Positions 18,772 to 26,521 of a stretch of 64,000 nucleotides of DNA are shown piece after piece. Source of the DNA: Candidatus Palauibacter sp. (GTDB taxonomy: Bacteria; Gemmatimonadota; Gemmatimonadetes; Palauibacterales; Palauibacteraceae); the NCBI RefSeq assembly GCF_965208055.1, contig NZ_CBDBNY010000004.1, positions 2,880,185 through 2,944,184 of the forward strand, read 5' to 3'. Each line of letters begins with the position of its first letter. Positions within the stretch are counted from its first letter, which is position 1. A program made the translations under genes and the position numbers. Under the pieces are notes generated by a model. The model saw nothing but the letters and a program-made list of their open reading frames with translations. It made no database searches and was not told the DNA's origin.

Positions 18772-19875
18772 GTGCCCCGGATCCCAGTCTTCGGGATGGT
18801 GAGCGGGAAATTCTCGAAGCTGGATGACAGATCGGTGGCGCCAGGACTGGCGTGGAGCCTCGTTGCCGCGTTCGGTCTGGCCGGCGGTGCCGGGACGCTC
18901 TCGGCCCAGGATTCGGATTGCGGCGATCGCGCGAGCTTGCGGGTCGCGGTCCTGAACGACGACGACATGGCTCCGGTCCGGGGCGCGACGGCGGTCGTTC
19001 AGTGGACCGACACTCAACGCGCGAGGCGGCCGGTGCGCGAGGTTGTCGGAGCCGGACGCCTCGTCCTCTGCGCTCCGCGGGATGCGACACGGGCCACGCT
19101 GTGGGCGGAGTACGGGAACTTCTCGAGCGAAGAGGCGGTCGTCGCCATCGTCGCCGGGATGTCCCACGACATCAGACTGGCGCTGCGCTCGGGGCCGATC
19201 CGAACCGGCAGGCTGATCGGCCAGGTGCATGACGCGATCACGGAGGATCCGGTGGTCGCGGCCTCGGTGTTCGTTCCCGACCGTCTGCGGGTGGCCGAGA
19301 CCGATCGCCGGGGACGGTTCGTCCTGAGCGGCGTTCCGGCCGGTGTGCGGGACCTCAACGTGCGGCATCTCGGGTACGCTCCGCTTTCCCATGTGGTCGA
19401 GGTCTCCCCCGGCCTCACCACGGAGGTGGAGATCGGCATGGTCCCCGATCCGGTGGAGATGGAGCCGATCGTGGCGACGGCGACGAGGTCCCGCCGGCTG
19501 GAGGTCAAGGGCTTCTACGAACGCCGGCACTGGAGCGAACTCGTCGGCACGGGCACCTTCTACACGGCGGAGGACATCGATCGCCGCCGGCCCGTGGAGA
19601 TCTCGCACATGATCGCGGACGAGTCGGGGATCCGGCTCCAGTGCAACGCCCGGCGTACCGACTGCAGACTGGTGAACACGAGGCTGTCGTCGGGGGTCAC
19701 GGGCGCCTGTTCGCTGAACTTCTATATCGATGGCCTGCCGACGAGGGGGATCGCACTGGACGACGTCGTCAGACCGAGCGAGATCGCAGGCATCGAGATA
19801 TACAAGGGGCTGGCATCGGGTCCGGCGGAGTTCCCGCCTTCCCGGTGCGGCCTCGTCGCGGTCTGGACGAAATAG
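18772..19875 (+). CDS. Tandem paralog of the 17633 gene (CarboxypepD_reg + plug only).
   Basis: 367 aa with the same architecture and roughly 55-60 % identity by eye (GRLIGQVHDAITEDPVVAASV..., ...IEIYKGLASGPAEFPPSRCGLVAVWTK). The exact start is uncertain (MPRIP, MVSGK or a later site). Confidence 0.55.
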   Translation: MPRIPVFGMVSGKFSKLDDRSVAPGLAWSLVAAFGLAGGAGTLSAQDSDCGDRASLRVAVLNDDDMAPVRGATAVVQWTDTQRARRPVREVVGAGRLVLCAPRDATRATLWAEYGNFSSEEAVVAIVAGMSHDIRLALRSGPIRTGRLIGQVHDAITEDPVVAASVFVPDRLRVAETDRRGRFVLSGVPAGVRDLNVRHLGYAPLSHVVEVSPGLTTEVEIGMVPDPVEMEPIVATATRSRRLEVKGFYERRHWSELVGTGTFYTAEDIDRRRPVEISHMIADESGIRLQCNARRTDCRLVNTRLSSGVTGACSLNFYIDGLPTRGIALDDVVRPSEIAGIEIYKGLASGPAEFPPSRCGLVAVWTK

Positions 19876-19925
19876 CGTCCGGAAACAAGGAACTCCGGAA
19901 ACAAACAACATTGGAGGGTGACAAC

Positions 19926-20528
19926 ATGAAGCGAAGCAGCGCGTGGTACCTCGCCGTTTTATTGGTCCTGGGATGTGGCGGAGGATCCGAGGCCGGCTCC
20001 GAGGCGGAGATGGCGGAGACGGCCGAAGCCATGAACGAAATGGCGGATGCGGCGCTGGCCTGCGTCGTCATGGGCGACGCGGAGGGCAGGCAGAGTCCGC
20101 TCCAGGAATTGAGCTTTTCGTACGACGGGGGTGAGGGTCTCCTCTGCTACGGCGCGCCCTCGGCCCGCGAGCGCGTCGTCATGGGGGACCTGGTGCCCTA
20201 CGGCGAGGTCTGGCGCCTGGGGGCGAACGAGGCGACGGCGCTCCACCTGTCGGCCGCCGCCACGGTAGGCGGTGTCGCGCTCGGGCCCGGGAGCTACTCG
20301 CTGTACGCCACGCCCGGCGAGACGGAATGGGAGTTCCACCTGAACTCGGAGTACGACCGCTGGGGGATCCCGATCGATGCCGCGGTCCAGAGCACCGAGG
20401 TGGGCAGCTTCATGGCGACGCCCTCGGCCACCGCCGAAATGGTGGAGACGATGACCTTCGAGCAGGTGGACGGCGCACTCCGCTTCTCCTGGGAGAACAC
20501 GCAGGTCGACATCCCGCTCGGCATGTAG
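19926..20528 (+). CDS. DUF2911-like lipoprotein.
   Basis: GGAGGG RBS. Lipobox LVLGC follows MKRSSAWYLAV. YGEVWRLGANEATALHLS...EWEFHLNSEYDRWG matches the DUF2911 pattern. Confidence 0.6.
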   Translation: MKRSSAWYLAVLLVLGCGGGSEAGSEAEMAETAEAMNEMADAALACVVMGDAEGRQSPLQELSFSYDGGEGLLCYGAPSARERVVMGDLVPYGEVWRLGANEATALHLSAAATVGGVALGPGSYSLYATPGETEWEFHLNSEYDRWGIPIDAAVQSTEVGSFMATPSATAEMVETMTFEQVDGALRFSWENTQVDIPLGM

Positions 20529-20552
20529 CCCGACGCATTCAACCCGGCGGAT

Positions 20553-20592
20553 GCAGCTGACGAGCCCCGCGAGGGGCGGGCGCGTCAGCTGC
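20553..20592. terminator. GC-rich inverted repeat between the convergent DUF2911 and GNAT genes (candidate bidirectional terminator).
   Basis: gcagctgacg ... cgtcagctgc, a 10-bp stem with a GC-rich loop. It overlaps the GNAT stop codon. Confidence 0.3.
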
Positions 20593-21184
20593 GCCGGTGG
20601 CGCCAGAGGCGGGTCTCGAGGTGTCGCTTGATCCCCGGCCACTCGTGGAGGAGGACGGAGTACATCGCGTCGTCGCGCACGCTCCCGTCGCGCCGCAGGG
20701 AGTGATTGCGGAGGACGCCGTCCTTCTTCGCGCCGAGCGCCTCGATGGCCCGCTGCGAGCGCAGGTTGAGGCCGTCCGTGCGGAGCCCGACGACTCCGCA
20801 CCCCACGGTCTCGAAGGCGTGCGTCATGAGGAGCAGCTTGCACGCGGTGTTGACGTGTGTGCGCTGATGGCTCGCGCCGTACCAGGTGTAGCCGATCTCG
20901 ACCCGGTCCACGTGCGGCAGGATGTCGTGGTAGCGGGTGGACCCGATGATGGCGCCCGTCTCCAGGAGCCGGACGACCCAGGGCAGCATGTGGCCGGCGG
21001 TCCGGCCGTCGAGCGCCGTCTCGATGTAGGTCGTCACTTCGTCCGGGGCCGGGACGAAGGTGAAGAAGAGGTTCCACAGCTCCCCGTCCGCGGCGGCCTC
21101 GGCGAGCGCGTCGGCGTGCTCGAGGCCCATGGGTTCGAGACGGACGCCGCGGCCCTCGAGCGTCACGGGCTGAGGTTCAATCAT
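20585..21184 (-). CDS. GNAT family N-acetyltransferase (RimJ/RimL-like).
   Basis: Start MIEPQPVTLEGRGVRLEP. The region ...IGYTWYGASHQRTHVNTACKLLLMTHAFE... is a typical GNAT core. Confidence 0.7.
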   Translation of the reverse strand: MIEPQPVTLEGRGVRLEPMGLEHADALAEAAADGELWNLFFTFVPAPDEVTTYIETALDGRTAGHMLPWVVRLLETGAIIGSTRYHDILPHVDRVEIGYTWYGASHQRTHVNTACKLLLMTHAFETVGCGVVGLRTDGLNLRSQRAIEALGAKKDGVLRNHSLRRDGSVRDDAMYSVLLHEWPGIKRHLETRLWRHRRS

Positions 21185-21212
21185 CGAGACGCCCCGGGGT
21201 CCGGGCGGGCGG

Positions 21213-22508
21213 TCACTCGGTTCCCGCTCCGAGCATTCGGGCGCTGATCCCTTCCCGGTCCACCATGGTCCCCCGCAGGTAGACCGCGTCGATCCGTCGG
21301 GTGTTCGCGATGTCCTCGAGCGGGTTCGCATCCAGCACGATGAAGTCCGCGCTCTTGCCGGCCGCGATCTCGCCGAGGTCGTCCCAGCTCATCAGCTCGG
21401 CGGAGGTCTTCGTGGCCGCGACGATGACGTCTCCCGGCGTCATCCCCGACCGCACCATGTCCTCCATCTCCTGGTGCGGGGCCCAGGCCGCGTTGCCGTC
21501 CGTGCCGAAGGAGATCTTCACCCCGGCCTCGGCGAAACGGGCGAGGTTGCGCGCCTGGATGCCGAACGACTCCTGCGCGGCCGGGTTGTCGACGGACGCC
21601 GCCTGCATCTCGGCGAGCTGGTCGGGGGGCACGGTGCCGCTCAGCCAGCTCAGATCGAGCGCCACCCCCGGCCCGGGGAGGTTGGGGACGAGGACGACCT
21701 CCGGGCGCTCGGCCCACAGTTCCATGAGTTCGTCGTCCGCGTCGAGGTCCCGCACGCCATGGGCGAACACGTCCACGCCCGCGCGCAGCAGCCCCTTGGC
21801 GTCTTCCAGGTAGAAGACGTGCGCCGTCACCATGAGGCCGTGCCGATGCGCTTCATCGATGACCGCGCCGTACAGTTCGGGCGAGAGCCGCTCGTAACGC
21901 CCGCCGCGGTCGTCCACCCAGATCTTGACGATGTCGGCCTGCCGCTCCGCCAGTTCCCGGACCGCGGCCCGGGCCTCTTCCTCCGTCTCGACCCAGTAGG
22001 GCGCTTCGGAGCGGCCGGGCTCCGGCATCGTGATCCCGCGGTCGGCCGTCTTCGCGCGGGCCGCGTCCGGGATGACTTCGCCGCGCATTTCGATCCCGAC
22101 GCCGCCGGTCTCGGTGCCGAGGCTCACGACGGCCCCCGCCCCGTAGTAGGCCATATGCTGGAGTTGGGCGATCCGCTCATCGCGCTCGGAGGAGAGGTGG
22201 ATGTGCGCGTTGACGATCGCCGGCATGACCGTCTTGCCGGAGAGGTCCACCCGCTCCGCACCGTCCGGGACCTCGACCTCCCCGCTCGCCCCGACGCCGG
22301 CGAACTGCCCGTCCTGGACAAGAAGGACGGCCGACGGGATCACGGACCCGTCGCCCGTGAGGACGGTGGCGCCCTCGAACGCCGTCACGCCGGCCCCGGC
22401 TCCGGCGCCGTCTCCGTCGGTCGCGCAGCCGGCCACCAGTGCGGCAGCGATCGCGAGGGCGGCGGGACGAACGGAAGAGATGGCTGTGACCGTGCGGGCG
22501 CGAATCAT
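21213..22508 (-). CDS. Amidohydrolase-family lipoprotein (metal-dependent hydrolase).
   Basis: Start MIRARTVTAISSVRPAALAIAAALVAGC (lipobox). VNAHIHLS and ...HVFYLEDAKG..FAHGV...FGTDG are amidohydrolase metal-binding motifs. Confidence 0.7.
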   Translation of the reverse strand: MIRARTVTAISSVRPAALAIAAALVAGCATDGDGAGAGAGVTAFEGATVLTGDGSVIPSAVLLVQDGQFAGVGASGEVEVPDGAERVDLSGKTVMPAIVNAHIHLSSERDERIAQLQHMAYYGAGAVVSLGTETGGVGIEMRGEVIPDAARAKTADRGITMPEPGRSEAPYWVETEEEARAAVRELAERQADIVKIWVDDRGGRYERLSPELYGAVIDEAHRHGLMVTAHVFYLEDAKGLLRAGVDVFAHGVRDLDADDELMELWAERPEVVLVPNLPGPGVALDLSWLSGTVPPDQLAEMQAASVDNPAAQESFGIQARNLARFAEAGVKISFGTDGNAAWAPHQEMEDMVRSGMTPGDVIVAATKTSAELMSWDDLGEIAAGKSADFIVLDANPLEDIANTRRIDAVYLRGTMVDREGISARMLGAGTE

Positions 22509-22600
22509 GTCTACCTCCTGTCGGGCTCCTGTCAGGTTCACGCGGGACGCATAAGTATAGAGGCCGAATGACTCCCCTGACACGGACGAACGATCCCCCG

Positions 22601-23887
22601 ATGAGCCATCCCCGCGACTCCCGCTTCCCCGTCGTATCGCTCGCGACCATCGCTCCGACTGTCGCCCCGGCCGCCGCCTTGGCCGCCGCCCTGGTCATCG
22701 CCGCATGCGCTCCCGGCGGCGGAGATCCGGCGGGCGACGACGACGGCATCGTCCCGACCGCGCTCCACGACTTCCGGGTCGAGGAAGTAGCCGGCGGCCT
22801 CGTGCGCCCGTTCTCGATGGCCTTCACGCCCGAGGGCGACCTCCTCGTGACGGAACGTCCCGGCCGGCTCCGCATCATCCGCGACGGCGTCCTGCTCCCG
22901 GATTCCGTGGAGGGCCTGCCGCCGATCCGGGCGCTCGGGCGCGGCGCCCGTTCCATGGCCGGCTTCGAGCAGGCCGGGCTGCGCGACGCGATCCTGCACC
23001 CGGATTTCGCGACGAACCGGCTCCTCTATCTGAGCTACGTGAAGCCGGGTCCCGATTCGCTGGGCACGATCGCGATCGCCCGCGGCCGGCTCGAGAACGA
23101 CCGGCTGAGCGACGTCGAGGAACTGTTCCACGCGGACGCGCCCGGGAACGGGACGGAGCGCAGTTCAATGTGGGGCGGGCGCCTCGTTTTCGACCACGAC
23201 GGCTACCTGTTCATGACGCTGGGCGACCGGCAATGGCCCTCCGCCGGCGACCTCGAGGCGCACCCGGCCCAGGATCTGTCGAACCACAACGGGAGCACGA
23301 TCCGGCTTCACGATGACGGCCGGGTTCCGGAGGACAATCCGTTCGTCGGGGAGGAAGGGATCCACCCCGAGATCTGGACGTGGGGCCACCGCAACGCGCA
23401 GGGGATGGCGGTCCACCCCGAGACCGGAGACCTGTGGCAGAACGAACACGGCCCGCAGGGCGGGGACGAACTCAACCTGATCGCGGGCGGCCGCAACTAC
23501 GGCTGGCCCGTCGTCGGGTACGGCGTGAACTACCGAACGGGCTCGCGCATCCACTCGGGGACCCTCATGGAGGACATGGAGCCGCCGGAGCACATCTGGG
23601 TCCCCTCCATCGGCGTCTCCGGGATGCTCTTCTACACGGGCGACGCCTTCCCTGGGTGGCGCGGCGACATGCTCGTCGGCGGTCTCAGCGGTCGGCAGCT
23701 CGCCCGGCTGCGCATGGAAGGCCGCGAGGTGACGCACGAGGAGACGCTCCTGCAGGGGATCGGCCGCATCCGCGACGTCCGGCAGGGCCCGGACGGGTTC
23801 ATCTATATGGCCATCGACGGCGAGACGCGCGACGTCGACGGTCCACCGACCGGGATCGTGAGGCTCGTACCCGCCGGCCGGCGGTAG
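22601..23887 (+). CDS. PQQ-dependent sugar dehydrogenase (soluble glucose/sorbosone dehydrogenase family) lipoprotein.
   Basis: Lipobox ALVIAAC. The motifs ...GRLRIIRDG..., HRNAQGMAVHPETGDLWQNEHGPQGGDELNL..GGRNYGWP are GSDH beta-propeller signatures. Confidence 0.7.
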   Translation: MSHPRDSRFPVVSLATIAPTVAPAAALAAALVIAACAPGGGDPAGDDDGIVPTALHDFRVEEVAGGLVRPFSMAFTPEGDLLVTERPGRLRIIRDGVLLPDSVEGLPPIRALGRGARSMAGFEQAGLRDAILHPDFATNRLLYLSYVKPGPDSLGTIAIARGRLENDRLSDVEELFHADAPGNGTERSSMWGGRLVFDHDGYLFMTLGDRQWPSAGDLEAHPAQDLSNHNGSTIRLHDDGRVPEDNPFVGEEGIHPEIWTWGHRNAQGMAVHPETGDLWQNEHGPQGGDELNLIAGGRNYGWPVVGYGVNYRTGSRIHSGTLMEDMEPPEHIWVPSIGVSGMLFYTGDAFPGWRGDMLVGGLSGRQLARLRMEGREVTHEETLLQGIGRIRDVRQGPDGFIYMAIDGETRDVDGPPTGIVRLVPAGRR

Positions 23888-23890
23888 CCG

Positions 23891-26398
23891 ATGCGCGTCG
23901 GCACGTTACACACGGCCGCTGTCCTCCTGCTGCCACTACTGGCTTGCCGGGATGCTGGCCCAACCGAGCCTCCGCTCCCGATACCGATCGAGACCAGCCC
24001 ATCGACGGACCGGGAGATCCTCGCTCTTCTCTACGAGACGACGAACGGTCCGGGTTGGAAGAACAGCCGGCATTGGCTCAGCCACGTGCCACTCCACGCC
24101 TGGTATGGGGTCGATGTCGGCGCCGACGGTCGTGTCTCGAGACTCTCGCTCTACAACAACGGTCTGACGGGCCGGATTCCAGCGGAGATCGGAGGGCTCT
24201 CGGAACTTCGGAGTCTGGGGCTGGGATGGAACGAGCTGGCTGGCTCGATCCCCACCGAACTCGGAGACCTTGCGGCCCTTGAACACCTCTGGCTGCAGGG
24301 CAACGACCTGACGGGCCGGATTCCAACGGAGATCGGAGGGCTCTCGGAACTTCGGAGTCTGGGGCTGGGGTGGAACGAGCTGGCTGGCTCGATCCCCACC
24401 GGACTCGGAGACCTTGCGGCCCTTGAACACCTCTGGCTGGAGGGCAACGACCTGACCGGGCCGATCCCGCCCGAGATCGGCCGCCTCGCCGGGCTCAGGG
24501 TTTTGCGCTTCGGCGGCAACGATCTGACCGGGCCGATCCCGCCGGAGATCGCCAGCCTCGCGGGCCTCCGGAGCCTGGAGTTGTGGTCCAACGATCTGAC
24601 GGGCCCCATCCCGCCGAGTCTGGGCAACTTGACCAGCCTCGAGAGCCTCTCTCTTGCACAGAACGACCTCTCGGGCCCGGTCCCGGCGGAACTGGCCCGC
24701 CTCATCTTACTGAGGGAACTGGCCGTGAACGGCAACCCGCAGCTGTCGGGCCTGCTCCCGGCAGGCTTCAAGGACCTCTGGGGACTCACGACGCTCAACG
24801 CCGGCGGGACCGCGCTGTGCGCCCCCGCGGACCCGGATTTTCTCGCGTGGCTCGGCAGGCTGCAGAACCCGCGCGTGCGTCGCTGCGGGAACGATACCCT
24901 GTCCGTTTATCTCACCCAGGCGGTGCAGTCCTTCGAGTTCCCGGTTCCCCTGGTGGCGAATGTGCCGGCCCTGCTTCGTGTGTTCCTCATCGCTCCGGAT
25001 GGGGAAGCCATCGCTTTTCCGCCCGTGCGTGCGCGGTTCTACCTGGAGGGGGCCGAAGTCCACACCGTGGATATCCCGCGCTCCCCGGGCACGATTCCGT
25101 CCCGGCTGGATGAAGGTCGACTTGAAGCATCGGCGAACGTCGCGATCCCGGCCGAAGTCGTTCAGCCCGGTCTGGAACTCGTCGTCGAGATCGACCCGGA
25201 AGATACACTTGGCCCGGAGCTCGGCATCACGAGGCGGATCCCGGCAGCGGGCCGGCACGCCATCGACGTGAGAGCGGTGCCCGCGCTGCACCTGACGTAC
25301 CTGCCCATCGTCCGCCCCGGACGGAGGTCCGCCGAGTTCCTGAGCCGCGTCCGGAACCTGTCGGAAGCCGACACCCTGTTCCGGCGCGTACGACAGTGGT
25401 TGCCCGTCGCCGGCTTCGACGTTGCCCTGCACGACATCGTGTACACCTCGGCGCGAACCGGTGGCGAGTTGATCTCGGAGATCGAGGCCATTCGCGTATT
25501 GGAGGGCGGAACGGGCTACTACATGGGCGGGCTGCCCCAGTATCTCGTGGAAGATCTGGGCTATGCGGGTTCGGCGCGGCTCGCCGGTTGGGCTAGCTTC
25601 TCTCGTGTCCGCTCCATTACGATCGCGCATGAACTCGGCCACAACATGAGCCTCGAGCATGCTCCCTGCGGTAGCGCGAGCAGGCCGGACCCCGGTTTCC
25701 CGACCAGGGATGGAACGATCGGCGCGTGGGGCTACAACCCCACTGACAACTCACTCGTTTCTCCCGAGACGTCCGACCTGATGTCCTACTGCGGTCCAAA
25801 GTGGATCAGCGAATACAGCTTCACCAAGGCGTTCGACCACCGCCTCCGCGGGGAGGGACTGGGATCCGCAACGGCGACCACGGCCGGCGACGCGCCGAGC
25901 ATCCTGCTATGGGGTGGCATCGACGGGGAAGGCGTTCCATTCCTGGAGCCGGCCTTCGTCGTCGACGCTCCCCCGACTCTTCTCGGACCTGCGGGCCCCT
26001 ACACGCTCATGGGCAGAACCGCCGAGGGAGAGGGGTTGTTCTTGCTCCGGTTCGATATGCAGGAGATGGCGGACGGTGACGGGGAGTCGGGATTCGCCTT
26101 CGCCCTGCCCGCGTCGCCGACATGGGCGGACAGGCTGGCGACGGTGGTCCTTTCCGGGCCCGGAGGAACAGCGACGCTGAGGCATGCGAGTGGTCCCCCG
26201 GCCGCTCTCCTTCGAGATCCGCGGACCGGCCGGGTCCGCGGGATCCTGCGTGACCTCACGAGTCCCGGTAGTGGCCTCGCAACGCTCGCCGGAGCCGCAG
26301 CGGATCCGGTCTCCATCGCGTCCTTTCTCCCCGACGTGGCCAACCTCGAGATTTTGATCTCCCGAGGTCTCCCGGCGGCGGAACAGTGGAGGCGGTAG
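23891..26398 (+). CDS. Leucine-rich-repeat protein fused to a metzincin-type zinc metalloprotease domain.
   Basis: About 10 LRRs of 24 residues (LTGRIPAEIGGLSELRSLGLGWNELAGSIP...). The C-terminal HELGHNMSLEH (HExxHxxxxxH) plus the Met-turn DLMSYCGP are metzincin signatures. Confidence 0.7.
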   Translation: MRVGTLHTAAVLLLPLLACRDAGPTEPPLPIPIETSPSTDREILALLYETTNGPGWKNSRHWLSHVPLHAWYGVDVGADGRVSRLSLYNNGLTGRIPAEIGGLSELRSLGLGWNELAGSIPTELGDLAALEHLWLQGNDLTGRIPTEIGGLSELRSLGLGWNELAGSIPTGLGDLAALEHLWLEGNDLTGPIPPEIGRLAGLRVLRFGGNDLTGPIPPEIASLAGLRSLELWSNDLTGPIPPSLGNLTSLESLSLAQNDLSGPVPAELARLILLRELAVNGNPQLSGLLPAGFKDLWGLTTLNAGGTALCAPADPDFLAWLGRLQNPRVRRCGNDTLSVYLTQAVQSFEFPVPLVANVPALLRVFLIAPDGEAIAFPPVRARFYLEGAEVHTVDIPRSPGTIPSRLDEGRLEASANVAIPAEVVQPGLELVVEIDPEDTLGPELGITRRIPAAGRHAIDVRAVPALHLTYLPIVRPGRRSAEFLSRVRNLSEADTLFRRVRQWLPVAGFDVALHDIVYTSARTGGELISEIEAIRVLEGGTGYYMGGLPQYLVEDLGYAGSARLAGWASFSRVRSITIAHELGHNMSLEHAPCGSASRPDPGFPTRDGTIGAWGYNPTDNSLVSPETSDLMSYCGPKWISEYSFTKAFDHRLRGEGLGSATATTAGDAPSILLWGGIDGEGVPFLEPAFVVDAPPTLLGPAGPYTLMGRTAEGEGLFLLRFDMQEMADGDGESGFAFALPASPTWADRLATVVLSGPGGTATLRHASGPPAALLRDPRTGRVRGILRDLTSPGSGLATLAGAAADPVSIASFLPDVANLEILISRGLPAAEQWRR
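24164..24451 (+). repeat. Near-perfect tandem duplication of 2 x 144 bp (two LRR units) inside the LRR-metzincin gene.
   Basis: 24164-24307 versus 24308-24451 differ at about 4 of 144 positions. The encoded 48-aa module repeats as LTGRIPAEIGGLSELRSLGLGWNELAGSIPTELGDLAALEHLWLQGNDL. Confidence 0.8.
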
Positions 26399-26521
26399 GC
26401 CACCCTTAGCGAGCTCCACCACCCGCTACGGTGTCGATACTGCCGTGGCCCGTGGTGATCGCGCTTCCTAAGTTGAAAGGTTGCGAGGCAGCGTCATCCG
26501 TCGTTCTCGAAGGACGGGCGC

